A stretch of DNA of 64,000 nt, from NCBI GenBank assembly GCA_035495615.1, contig DATJFP010000036.1:6795-70794 (forward strand), written 5' to 3'. The first letter of the stretch is position 1. Each line of letters begins with the position of its first letter. Position numbers and translations under genes: made by a program. This DNA comes from Verrucomicrobiia bacterium (GTDB lineage: Bacteria > Omnitrophota > Omnitrophia > Omnitrophales > Aquincolibacteriaceae). A model generated the notes under the pieces. The model was not told where the DNA came from, ran no database searches, and saw nothing but the letters and a program-made list of their open reading frames with translations. Shown in pieces: positions 50,276-59,717 of this stretch.

Positions 50276-51493
50276 TCAAGAATCCGCTTTCATAGGAGCC
50301 ATGCGCGTACTCCAAAGCAGGAAAAAAAATCCTACCGCCGCAGGAAACACCAGCACCCACATGGCTTTTTGCATTCCGATCGCGTCTGAGGCCAGGCTGT
50401 AGAGCAGGCTCGCGATCACCGAGACTTTCGTCGTAAGTCCGTAAAGCCCGAAATATTCCCCGATTTTCTGCGAAGGCACCATATCGACGAGCGCCTTGCG
50501 GCCCGCCGCCCAGACGCCGGACACGGCGAAGGCGCCGCAGGTGTAGATAAGGACTGAGAAAATCCGGAGCGGAATCGGCTGCGTCATCATGATCAGCATG
50601 AACGCGAGCGCGACCGTGGAAGCCAGAAAAGTTTTCATGGCGCCCAGCTTGTCGGTCAGAAAGCCCGAGATCACGCCCCCGAAAAAAGCGCAGACGTTCA
50701 GGATCATCATGACCGACACCATTTTTCCCTGCCCCAGATGGAAGACTTCCCGAAGATACACGGAAACCCACGAGATCGTGCTGTTGACCGCGTCCACGAC
50801 GAAGAAATTGCCCGCGAGAAAAAGCAGGACTTTGGGATTTGCCGGCAGGCCGCGAACGGTGCGGGCCAGCTGCTTCCAGGGGTCCCAAAAATTCCGGAGC
50901 GTCACGGGCTGAGGATTTTCCACGGTCCTTTCGGGCAGGAAAAGAAAAAGCGGCAGGCTCGAGAGGGAAAAAAGCACCGCGGCAAGGAGGAACACGCTGG
51001 GCCTTCCGAGAGTATGGTCGGCCCAGTTCATGAACGGCAGGGTGGAGACCACGCCGAAATAACCCAGGCCCACGCCGAGCCCGGAAGCGAATCCCTGTTT
51101 TTCCTCGGGCGCCGCGACCGGCAGCAGCGCATTGTAAAAAACGAGCGAGACGTGGAAGAAAATGCAGGCGCAGGCGTAGTAAAGCATCAGCCAGCCCACG
51201 GGACGCGTGAAAAAAAGCAACGCGCAGAAAACCACACAGAGAAAAGTCGACCGCATGAGATAGGCCTTGGTCTTGCCGGTCTGGTCGCTTTGGGCCCCGG
51301 CGAGCGGCGTGAGAAGGCCGGCGAAGATCATGGAAGCCGTGGTCGCCATGCCGAGCGAGCGGTTCGTGCCGGTCAGCGACGTAAGGTAAAGCGGGAAGTA
51401 AAAAGTGATGACCGTGGCGGAAAAGATGGTGTTGGCAAAATCGTAAAAAGCCCAGCTCCAGAGCCGGGTGCGGGGTCCAGGAAACGTTCCCAT
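50276..51493 (-). CDS. MFS transporter
   Basis: 12-TM hydrophobic profile; the overlapping alternative-frame ORF 50250..51509 (-) is not protein-like. Confidence 0.7.
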   Translation of the reverse strand: MGTFPGPRTRLWSWAFYDFANTIFSATVITFYFPLYLTSLTGTNRSLGMATTASMIFAGLLTPLAGAQSDQTGKTKAYLMRSTFLCVVFCALLFFTRPVGWLMLYYACACIFFHVSLVFYNALLPVAAPEEKQGFASGLGVGLGYFGVVSTLPFMNWADHTLGRPSVFLLAAVLFSLSSLPLFLFLPERTVENPQPVTLRNFWDPWKQLARTVRGLPANPKVLLFLAGNFFVVDAVNSTISWVSVYLREVFHLGQGKMVSVMMILNVCAFFGGVISGFLTDKLGAMKTFLASTVALAFMLIMMTQPIPLRIFSVLIYTCGAFAVSGVWAAGRKALVDMVPSQKIGEYFGLYGLTTKVSVIASLLYSLASDAIGMQKAMWVLVFPAAVGFFFLLWSTRMAPMKADS

Positions 51494-51673
51494 GAAGATT
51501 TTCTATCATGGATTTCGCCGAAACGCAATACCGTAAAGTATGGAATGGGCGTTGGTTCTGTCTTCTTAACTACCTTTTAGGAAGAGGGCGTCAGCGGATT
51601 GTGTGATTTGTAAGAAAGGTGCGGAGACGGGTAACCTTTAATTGGGGAATTTCGTATTTGAGAGGATAAAGTT

Positions 51674-52093
51674 ATGGAACCGAGACGGGCATCACCTGTC
51701 ACGTCGGAATCTGGATTTACGCTGATCGAGCTGATGATCACGATGGCTGTCGTGCTCGTGGCTCTCGTCGGCTACGTGGCCGCGAACATCGCCGTGCAGC
51801 AGGCTTCCAATGCCGCCTTCCAGAACACCGTCGCCTTGCAGGACGCAAACCGCGTCATCGAGCAGATGCGCAACACGTCCGTCGGCGGCACATTCCCCGG
51901 AAACGTGACCGCGGTTTATCCCAACAACGGGGCCGTGGCCGGCTTCAATAATTTGACGAACGAAGCGATCACCGTGTCTTACTCGGACGCCACCGCGAAT
52001 CCGCTGACCGTAACCGTGTCGGTGAGCTGGCTCGAAAACGGGCGGAGGAACGTGAACACGGCGCTTAGGACTTTGATCACGCAGAGGAGTTAG
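51674..52093 (+). CDS. Prepilin-type N-terminal cleavage/methylation domain protein (pseudopilin/minor pilin)
   Basis: GFTLIELMITMAVVLVAL class-III signal peptide motif. Confidence 0.75.
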   Translation: MEPRRASPVTSESGFTLIELMITMAVVLVALVGYVAANIAVQQASNAAFQNTVALQDANRVIEQMRNTSVGGTFPGNVTAVYPNNGAVAGFNNLTNEAITVSYSDATANPLTVTVSVSWLENGRRNVNTALRTLITQRS

Positions 52094-52094
52094 C

Positions 52095-52646
52095 ATGAAC
52101 CTGAAAATGGGACGCGACAACCGCGGCTTTACGCTGGTCGAAATGATGATTACGGTCGGCATTTCGAGCATGCTTGCTTACTCCATCTTCGCGGTGATGC
52201 GCGCGGGCCAGGAACAGTCCAATTCGTCCCAGCTCCAGATGACGATTTACGATTCGGCAAGAGAAGGGCTTTATAAGATGACCCAGGAGCTCAGGCTCAG
52301 CGCTCCAGACCGCGTGACTATTACCAATGGGGGAGCGGGCATTCAGTTCCGCGTTCCGGACCCGGACAACCCGACAAACGCGGACTTTTCAATCAATTGG
52401 AACGGATCGACGCTCGTGACGTATTCGGTCGGAGGCACCGGCGGGACGCAAATCCTGCGTACGACTTCCACAGGCCAGAATACGGTCATCGCCAACGACG
52501 TCGTCGGAATCAATTTTGCGGGAAACGGGGCTCAGCCGACCCTCGTCACCGTGACCATGAGCGTGCAGAGGACGATGAACAACAACCGTGTCATCCCGGC
52601 TAATCCGCTTCAGGTGACCGGTCAGGCGGAAATACGCAATGCCTGA
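52095..52646 (+). CDS. Prepilin-type N-terminal cleavage/methylation domain protein (pseudopilin/minor pilin)
   Basis: GFTLVEMMITVGISSMLAY motif; 2 nt after the upstream stop. Confidence 0.75.
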   Translation: MNLKMGRDNRGFTLVEMMITVGISSMLAYSIFAVMRAGQEQSNSSQLQMTIYDSAREGLYKMTQELRLSAPDRVTITNGGAGIQFRVPDPDNPTNADFSINWNGSTLVTYSVGGTGGTQILRTTSTGQNTVIANDVVGINFAGNGAQPTLVTVTMSVQRTMNNNRVIPANPLQVTGQAEIRNA

Positions 52647-52658
52647 AAAGAGGCATTT

Positions 52659-53918
52659 ATGAAAAAACTATTTCATGCCGTGTCTAAAATGTATGCAAGG
52701 ATCAAAGACGCCGCGCACCGGGCGGAGAAAGGCTTTATCCTGACCACGGTGTACGGCCTTCTCGCGGTCATGGCGATTTTCTCGCTGGCGCTTTTTTCGA
52801 GGAACATCAACTTTCTAAGCGCCACCGAGCGCAACCAGAACAAAGTCGTGGCCTTCAACATGGCCGAGTCGGCCGTGGACCTTGCGCTGACCCAGCTCGG
52901 GCAGGACCCGGCCTACGCCGGAACCGGTTATATTTCCATGTCCGCGGGAGCGATGCAGGGCGGCTATGACGTGACCGTGACGACGCCCGGCGCGCATCCG
53001 GACATCCGCCTGATTCAGGCTACGGGATACGCGCCTGATAATTCCGCCGCTTCGCGGGCTCAGGAGAACCGTGGGATCTCCGTTTACGCGCAGATCACTC
53101 AGCAGAGCTATTTCGATTTTGCGGTCTTTTCCAAAGAGGGCATGCACATCAACGGCGGCCCCACGATCGACAGCTACGATTCGAGCCTCGGCGCGTATGG
53201 CGGCGGCAATGCCGGCCAAAACGGCGATATTGGCACGGACAGCACCGGCTCGAGCACGGTCGGCGTCGAGAACACCATCAACATCGACGGCAACGCCGTG
53301 ATCAAAGGCGACGTGATGGTGGGCCCGGGTGCCAATCCGGATAACGTCATCGACCTCGGCCACAACGTGACGCTCACCGGCACCAAAGGCTCGGAGGATT
53401 ACAAACGGGATTATGAACCCATCACGAGCAACGCCACGAATCTCGGAGCGCTGAGCCTGAGTGGAAGCACCACGCAGTATTTGGGGCCGGGCACGTATCA
53501 CTATTCGAGTCTCAGCATTTCCGGTCAGGCCAAACTCATTCCGACCGGGCCTGTCGTGATTTATGTCGACGGCGCTGTCAGCATCGGCGGTAATGGCGTG
53601 GCCACTTCGAGCAACCTGCCGCCCAACTTTCTGCTGTACGCAGCCTCGACCAGCGTTGCCATTTCCGGTAACGGGAATTTCTACGGCGGGGTTTACGCGC
53701 CCAACGCGGACGTGAGCGTGAGCGGGAACGGGCAGATCTTCGGCGGCCTCGTCGGCAAAACGTATCATCAGACGGGCAACGCCAACATTCATTACGACGA
53801 AGCGTTGAAGAACACGGGCGGAAGCGCGAACGGCCCTATTACCGTCAAGTCCTGGCAGGAAAAGAACACGACGGCGTGGCAGACCACGTCTTCGGGCAGC
53901 CCGGACGGCGGAGGATAA
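52659..53918 (+). CDS. PilX-like (type IV pilus minor component) protein with repetitive Gly/Asn/Thr-rich C-terminal region
   Basis: N-terminal hydrophobic helix + SATERNQNKVVAFNMAESAVDLALTQL resembling the PilX_N domain; C-terminal repeats NGNxxIxG and FYGGVYAPNADVSVSGNG. Confidence 0.55.
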   Translation: MKKLFHAVSKMYARIKDAAHRAEKGFILTTVYGLLAVMAIFSLALFSRNINFLSATERNQNKVVAFNMAESAVDLALTQLGQDPAYAGTGYISMSAGAMQGGYDVTVTTPGAHPDIRLIQATGYAPDNSAASRAQENRGISVYAQITQQSYFDFAVFSKEGMHINGGPTIDSYDSSLGAYGGGNAGQNGDIGTDSTGSSTVGVENTINIDGNAVIKGDVMVGPGANPDNVIDLGHNVTLTGTKGSEDYKRDYEPITSNATNLGALSLSGSTTQYLGPGTYHYSSLSISGQAKLIPTGPVVIYVDGAVSIGGNGVATSSNLPPNFLLYAASTSVAISGNGNFYGGVYAPNADVSVSGNGQIFGGLVGKTYHQTGNANIHYDEALKNTGGSANGPITVKSWQEKNTTAWQTTSSGSPDGGG

Positions 53919-53963
53919 ACCGCGACCTGCTACACTTTATAGAAACACGTACTTGGAGCTCCG

Positions 53964-55151
53964 ATGATCAAAAGTTTGAAAGATGAGCGCGGTTTTATCC
54001 TGATCATGGCCTATGGGCTGATCTCGGCGCTGGCCATTTTCTCGCTGGCCCTTTTTTCCCGCAACACCAGCTTTCTGAATTCCACCGAGCGCAATCAAAA
54101 CAAAGTCGTCGCCTTCAACATGGCGGAAGCGGGCGTGGATATGGCCATTACCCAGCTGGCCACGGACACGACTTATGAAGGCGCCGCGTATAGTTCCATG
54201 ACGAGCGGCCCGATGCAGGGCGGCTATGACGTCACGGTCACGACTCCGGACAATGCGCCCAATACCCGGCTCATCGTGGCGCGGGGTTACGCGCCGGACA
54301 ATGTTTCCACCTCGCGTGCCTACGAGACGCGCAATATCACGGTTTATGCGGAGATCGGCACCCAAAACATGTTCGACTTCGCGGTCTTTGCCGACCAGAG
54401 CCTGCAGCTCACCGGCAACGCCACGGTCGACAGCTACAATTCCACGGTCGGCGCCTACGGCGGCGCCAACAAAGCCTCGAATGGCGACGTCGGCACCAAC
54501 AGCACCGGTTCCAGCACCGTGACTCTCAACGGCAATGCCACCATCAAAGGGGACGCCCAGGTCGGGCCGAACGGAAATCCCGCGAGCGTGATCAGCCTCA
54601 CGGGAAACGCGGCCATTACCGGCGTCAAATCCGCGGCCCCGGCTTTGAAAGATTTCCCGACTCAGTCAAGCAACAGCGCTTCGCTCGGAGCCCTGACCCT
54701 GAGCGGGAACACGACGCGCGTCATCGGGGCCGGCACCTACCGTTTTTCTTCCATCAGCATCACGGGCAATGCGACGCTTCAGGCCACCGGACCGGTGGAC
54801 ATTTACGTGGACGGCCCGGTCAAGATCGCGGGCAACGGCATTTCCACCCAGGCCAATACGCCTCCGAATTTTTTGCTTTTCGTGACGACTGCCGATGATG
54901 TCCAGCTTTCGGGCAACGGTAATTTTTACGGCGGGATTTATGCGCCTCTTTCCCATGTAAAAAACACGGGGAACGGCGAGCTCTATGGCGCCGTTGTTTC
55001 CGATACCTACCAACAGACCGGCAACGGCAACGTGCATTACGACGAAGCCATGCGCGACGCCGGCGGCGTCGGCAGTAACGGCGTCAGCCTGGTTTCCTGG
55101 CGCGAAGAAAACACCGCGGCCTGGCAGACCACCTCAAGCTCCGGCAGCTGA
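53964..55151 (+). CDS. PilX-like protein, tandem paralogue of 52659..53918
   Basis: Collinear similarity with the upstream gene (RGFIL.., STERNQNKVVAFNMAE, QGGYDVTVTTP, GYAPDN, FYGGIYAP, GNGNVHYDEA, AWQTTSS). Confidence 0.55.
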   Translation: MIKSLKDERGFILIMAYGLISALAIFSLALFSRNTSFLNSTERNQNKVVAFNMAEAGVDMAITQLATDTTYEGAAYSSMTSGPMQGGYDVTVTTPDNAPNTRLIVARGYAPDNVSTSRAYETRNITVYAEIGTQNMFDFAVFADQSLQLTGNATVDSYNSTVGAYGGANKASNGDVGTNSTGSSTVTLNGNATIKGDAQVGPNGNPASVISLTGNAAITGVKSAAPALKDFPTQSSNSASLGALTLSGNTTRVIGAGTYRFSSISITGNATLQATGPVDIYVDGPVKIAGNGISTQANTPPNFLLFVTTADDVQLSGNGNFYGGIYAPLSHVKNTGNGELYGAVVSDTYQQTGNGNVHYDEAMRDAGGVGSNGVSLVSWREENTAAWQTTSSSGS

Positions 55152-55206
55152 TCTCCTCTTCCTGTTCCCTTGACCCGCCCTTCAGAAGCCGATATCATTC
55201 TTTCTT

Positions 55207-55950
55207 ATGCAATTGCGCGGGAAAACGGTGCTTATCACGGGCGGGGCTTTGAGGATCGGGCGGGCCATTGCCCTCGATCTGGCCCGGCAGGGCGCGGTGA
55301 TTGTCCTTCACTACAACCGTTCCGCCCAGCACGCGCGCGCGCTCCAAAAAGAAATCCGTTCGCTCGGAGGCGAGGCTGTTCTGGCCCAGGCGGATTTTGC
55401 GCGTGCTCCTTCGGCCGCGGCCGTTTCGAAGTTCGTGAAGCAGCTGGCTCGCAAGGCCGGACGGATCGACGTCCTGGTTAATAATGCCTCGATTTTTTAT
55501 CCTACGCGCCTGGACCGCGTGCGGCAAAAGGACTGGGACGATTTCATGAACGTGAACCTGGCCGCGCCTTTTTTCCTGGCGCGCGAGCTGGGGCTCGCCA
55601 TGAAAAAAAGGAAATCCGGGAAAATCATCAATCTCGTGGATTGGACGGCTTTTCATCCGCATCCGGATTATCTGCCGTACGCGATTTCCAAAGCGGGGCT
55701 GCAGGCCGCAACCGTGGGCCTCGCGCGCGCGCTGGCTCCGGAAGTGCAGGTCAACAGCATCGCACCCGGCCCAATCCTGCCGTCGCGCGGCATGACCGCG
55801 GCCCAGAAAAAGGCCGTGACGCAGCGGACGCTCGCCAAACGTTTCGGCGCGCCCGCGGACATTGCCGCGGCCGTCCGGTTTCTGGTCGAAGGCACGGATT
55901 ACGTCACTGGCGCCTGCATTCCCGTTGATGGAGGGAGCCTCATCGCCTGA
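55207..55950 (+). CDS. Short-chain dehydrogenase/reductase (SDR), pteridine-reductase-like
   Basis: TGGALRIGRAIA cofactor-binding, NNAS, catalytic YxxxK (YAISK); adjacent to the QueD/PTPS gene. Confidence 0.75.
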   Translation: MQLRGKTVLITGGALRIGRAIALDLARQGAVIVLHYNRSAQHARALQKEIRSLGGEAVLAQADFARAPSAAAVSKFVKQLARKAGRIDVLVNNASIFYPTRLDRVRQKDWDDFMNVNLAAPFFLARELGLAMKKRKSGKIINLVDWTAFHPHPDYLPYAISKAGLQAATVGLARALAPEVQVNSIAPGPILPSRGMTAAQKKAVTQRTLAKRFGAPADIAAAVRFLVEGTDYVTGACIPVDGGSLIA

Positions 55951-55990
55951 CACGCGGGCATGGACGGGGACAGTCCCCACGGGTGTGAAT
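55948..55990 (+). repeat. REP-like repeat, copy E (internally deleted)
   Basis: gCATGGACGGGGACAG-TCCCCACgGGTgtGAATGCAtAcGGCC: loop and one stem arm missing relative to copy C. Confidence 0.55.
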
Positions 55991-56051
55991 GCATACGGCC
56001 CATTGCGAGCATGGGAACGTTTGCAAGCATGATTAAATTAGGAGCAATTAA

Positions 56052-56456
56052 ATGTTCACAGTCGGAAGGGAAATCCATTTCAGCTACGGCCACCGCCTGA
56101 TCAACTATCAAGGCAAGTGCGCGCGCCTGCACGGGCACACGGGGCGCGTCGTGATCGAAATCGCGAGCCCTCAGCTCGATGCCAAAGGCATGGTCACGGA
56201 TTTTTTCGAGATCAAAACGAAAATCGGCGCCTGGATCGACGGCCACCTCGACCACCGCATGATCCTGAGCGACAAGGACCCTCTCGTGGAAACGCTCCGC
56301 CAAAAAGGGGAAGAGATCGTCGTCATGCCGGAAAATCCCACGGCCGAAGCGCTGGCCCGCTGGATTTACAAGGAAGCCCGGAAGTTAAATCTCCCCGTTT
56401 CCCGCGTCACGCTTTGGGAAACCGAAAATTCATTCGCCGTTTACCAGGAGCCGTAG
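56052..56456 (+). CDS. queD: 6-carboxy-5,6,7,8-tetrahydropterin synthase / 6-pyruvoyl-tetrahydropterin synthase family (QueD/PTPS)
   Basis: FSYGHRL...CARLHGHTGRV zinc/catalytic motif (CxxxHGH), 134 aa. Confidence 0.8.
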   Translation: MFTVGREIHFSYGHRLINYQGKCARLHGHTGRVVIEIASPQLDAKGMVTDFFEIKTKIGAWIDGHLDHRMILSDKDPLVETLRQKGEEIVVMPENPTAEALARWIYKEARKLNLPVSRVTLWETENSFAVYQEP

Positions 56457-56489
56457 GCTCCTTCAGTTTTCTCACCGGGGAATTGAGCC

Positions 56490-59400
56490 ATGTCAAAGAA
56501 GATCCTGCTCGTGGGCCCCGCGAGCTCGGGAAAAACCCATTTACTCCTTGAGGAGTTCGAAAAGGCGCTGGTCGAATCCCGCGACCCGCTCGCCAGCGAC
56601 CTTTTTTTCATCCTGCCTTCGGCCGAGCACACCGAACGCGTGATTTCGCTCCTGCTCCAAAAGGATATTCCCGGCTTTTTCCACCGCCGCGTCACCACAT
56701 TCTCCCGGCTTTTGTCCGGGCTTTTCGAGGGCGGCGACGAAACCACAGCGACCTCCGTCACGCGCTACCTCATCCTCAAAGAAATTTTCGAGAAAGAAAA
56801 AGGCGGCGTCTTCGAAGAGGTGAAATCCAGCCCCGGATTCCTGAACCTCATGATGTCTTTCATTTCCGAGCTGAAAGAATCGGTGATCCCGCCGGCCGCG
56901 TTCCGCCGGAAGATCGACGCCCTCAAAAAATTCGAGCCTGACCTCGGGCCGAAATACGAAGCGCTGGCTTCGCTCTACGAGGCTTACCAGGCCGGGCTCG
57001 CGGCGCGCGGCCTGCGTGACCCGCATGATTCGCTCGCGGTTTATCTCGAGCGAAAAGCCGCCGGTCAGATCCGCCGGCCGCGCCTGCGCAAGGTCTGGCT
57101 GGACGGGTTTTTCGATTTCTCGGAATTGCAGGCCGCCTTCCTGAACGAGCTCTCGGAAATGGCGGACGAGATCACGGTGACGCTCACGCTCGATCCGGCG
57201 CAGGAACGCTGGGACCTTTTCGAAGGCGTGCGGGGCACGGAGGAAACGCTTTTGAAAATGGGTTTTGAGCGCGTGGAGATGAAGGCCCCGGCTCTCGCGC
57301 GGCTTTCCGGCGCGCTCGGTTACGCGGAAAAAAATCTTTTCTCCCTGGCCAAGCCCGCCGCGAAAATGAAACCGTCGAAAGAGATCACGGTGTACGAGGC
57401 CGTCGGCATCGAAGGCGAAGTGGAGATGATTGCGCGCACAATCCAGCACATGCAGAAGCAGGGCGGCTTCCGCTTCAGCGATTTTGCCATCCTCATGCGC
57501 CACATTGGCGAATACGAAGGCGTGATCCGGTCGGTTTTCTCCCGCTACGGCATCCCGGTGGAAATCCACGAACGCGAAAGGACGAAATTTTCGCCGCTCG
57601 TGCAGGTGATCGCGCGGCTTGTGCGGATCTTCAGCGATGGATGGAAGGCCGCGGACCTTCTGGAATTCCTGAAGTCGGCCTATGTGCTTCGCCTGGGCGA
57701 AGAAGAAAAAAAATATGAGTGGGCGGGCCAGCTCGAGCACGCGGCGCTTGCCGCGGGCGCGTTCCGGGGCCGTGAGGCCTGGCTGGCGCCCTGGGGCCTC
57801 GCGGACTTTGACGCGGACAAGCAAAAAAAATTGAAGGCGCTGGCGGATACCGAGGATGCGCTGCGGAATGCCCGCAGCTACGCGGAACTGCGGCGCGCGC
57901 TTGTCTGCGCGGTTGAAAAAACATTCGGAATTTTCCAGTCCTCAGACCGCGCCGAAGAGCATGTGCGCCGTGACGCGGCAAGCTATGCCCGGTTTCTTTC
58001 CCTGCTGGAGGAAATCGAAGGTTCCCTGCGCCTGCCGGAAGGGGAAGCCGTCGTGCCATTCGAGGCCTTTGCCGAACGCTTTTTTCGCCTCGTGGACTTG
58101 GATCTTTATTCGCTTCACGACCGCGATCGCAACCGCGTCCAGGTTTACAACATCTCGCTCGCGCGGCAGAAGGAATACCAGGTGGTCTTCATCGCGGGAC
58201 TTTTGGAAAAGAAATTTCCGCGGCAGATCCGCGAAGATCCCGTGCTCTCGGATTGGGAAAGGCGACTGTTCAACGGCCTTGAAGGCGAGGGCCGGCTGAA
58301 AGAGCGGCTGCAAAGCCAGGCCATGGAAAAGTATTTGTTCTACGTGGCCATGACGCGCGCGCGTTACCGGCTTTTTCTCACATATCCGAAGCTGGATCTC
58401 GAAGGCAAGGAAGCCATGCCTTCCTATTATGTGCGCGAGGTGCATTCGCTTTTCGAGGAAGACCTGCGCGTTTACAAGCAAAGCCTTTCACGGCCGTATC
58501 CCGCGCTCCAGGACGCGGTCAACACGCGCGAACTGGAAATGGCGGTGCTCGGCGACCTCTGGGTGCCGGCCCGCGACGCGTCCGAGCATGAGCCGCTGCT
58601 TTTGTACCTGACCAACGAATTTTTACGCGATGACAGGGCTGCCGGCCGCATCAAAAAGGCGCTTTACGAGGTGAAGAATGAACTCACCGAAGAGGCTATC
58701 CGTTCGTTGGACGCCTTCCGCGCCTTCCGGACCAGCGCCTCGCGCCTCGAAGAATACGCGAAGTGTTCCTTTAAATATTATGCGCATCAGGTGCTGAAGC
58801 TGAACGATCCCGAGGAAAACGAACGCGCGGCCGTGAGAGGAAAAATCCTGCATTACGTGCTCGAGCATTCGGTAAAAGAATGGGCCGCGAATCCGCGCCA
58901 GCCGCGGGAGCAGAAAAAGAAACACGCCCTGAAAATGCTGCAGCAGGCACTGCGCGAGCATCCGTACATCTTCGAAAAAAAATACCAGTTCGAGCTGGAA
59001 TACGCCGCGCTCGGGGAAATCCTCGAGCTCTTCATCGACGAAGAATTGGAACGGCTCGAGGCCTCGCCGCTCGTGCCGCGTTATTTCGAGCACGGGTTCG
59101 GGGACCAGGAAAAAGGACCGCTGCCGCCGCTGGAAATCCAGGCCGGGGACAAAACCATTCTTGTGCGCGGCCAGATCGACCGCGTCGACGTGAATGAGGA
59201 CAGGAAAGCCGCGGCGGTCATCGATTACAAAACCGCGGCCGCGTTTTCACGCGCGGCGCTGGATCTGGGCACGTCTTTGCAGCTTCCTTTATATGCCCTG
59301 GTGCTCGAGCGGCTCATGGGGCTGCGTCTGGCCGGGGCCGAACTGTACTCGCTTAAAAAGCGGGAGAAGAGCGGTTTTTATCTCGAAGAATTCCGTGAGC

Positions 59401-59717
59401 TTTTTCCGGAGCTTGGCTCGAAGCGCCCGTTCGTCATGTCGCGCGAGGCCTATGAAAAGTTTCTGGAAAAAACCCAGGACTTCATCCGTCGGCTTTCCGC
59501 GGACATGGACGCCATGAAGATCGCGGTGAAGCCCCGGGAATGCGCGGACTATTGCCCCTATCCGTCGGTCTGCCGTATTCAAAAATGGAAACTGCCTCTG
59601 ATTCTTGAAGAGATTAAAAAAGAAACCGCGCCCGCGGAAGCCGTGAAGACCGGAACTGCCGCCGTGCCGAAAGAAAAAAATGCCGAAAGCCAAAGACCCA
59701 AAACCAAAAACCGCTAA
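56490..59717 (+). CDS. addB: AddB-like helicase/nuclease subunit (PD-(D/E)XK nuclease with Fe-S cluster)
   Basis: N-terminal Walker A GPASSGKTHLL, C-terminal nuclease motif VIDYKT and Cys cluster CADYCPYPSVC; 1075 aa. Immediately precedes the AddA-like gene. Confidence 0.7.
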   Translation: MSKKILLVGPASSGKTHLLLEEFEKALVESRDPLASDLFFILPSAEHTERVISLLLQKDIPGFFHRRVTTFSRLLSGLFEGGDETTATSVTRYLILKEIFEKEKGGVFEEVKSSPGFLNLMMSFISELKESVIPPAAFRRKIDALKKFEPDLGPKYEALASLYEAYQAGLAARGLRDPHDSLAVYLERKAAGQIRRPRLRKVWLDGFFDFSELQAAFLNELSEMADEITVTLTLDPAQERWDLFEGVRGTEETLLKMGFERVEMKAPALARLSGALGYAEKNLFSLAKPAAKMKPSKEITVYEAVGIEGEVEMIARTIQHMQKQGGFRFSDFAILMRHIGEYEGVIRSVFSRYGIPVEIHERERTKFSPLVQVIARLVRIFSDGWKAADLLEFLKSAYVLRLGEEEKKYEWAGQLEHAALAAGAFRGREAWLAPWGLADFDADKQKKLKALADTEDALRNARSYAELRRALVCAVEKTFGIFQSSDRAEEHVRRDAASYARFLSLLEEIEGSLRLPEGEAVVPFEAFAERFFRLVDLDLYSLHDRDRNRVQVYNISLARQKEYQVVFIAGLLEKKFPRQIREDPVLSDWERRLFNGLEGEGRLKERLQSQAMEKYLFYVAMTRARYRLFLTYPKLDLEGKEAMPSYYVREVHSLFEEDLRVYKQSLSRPYPALQDAVNTRELEMAVLGDLWVPARDASEHEPLLLYLTNEFLRDDRAAGRIKKALYEVKNELTEEAIRSLDAFRAFRTSASRLEEYAKCSFKYYAHQVLKLNDPEENERAAVRGKILHYVLEHSVKEWAANPRQPREQKKKHALKMLQQALREHPYIFEKKYQFELEYAALGEILELFIDEELERLEASPLVPRYFEHGFGDQEKGPLPPLEIQAGDKTILVRGQIDRVDVNEDRKAAAVIDYKTAAAFSRAALDLGTSLQLPLYALVLERLMGLRLAGAELYSLKKREKSGFYLEEFRELFPELGSKRPFVMSREAYEKFLEKTQDFIRRLSADMDAMKIAVKPRECADYCPYPSVCRIQKWKLPLILEEIKKETAPAEAVKTGTAAVPKEKNAESQRPKTKNR

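Noticed and set aside
50250-51509. Alternative-frame 419-aa ORF overlapping the MFS transporter gene
   Set aside because: The +1 shifted frame 50276..51493 gives a typical 12-TM hydrophobic MFS sequence. The 419-aa frame is His/Arg-rich and not protein-like.
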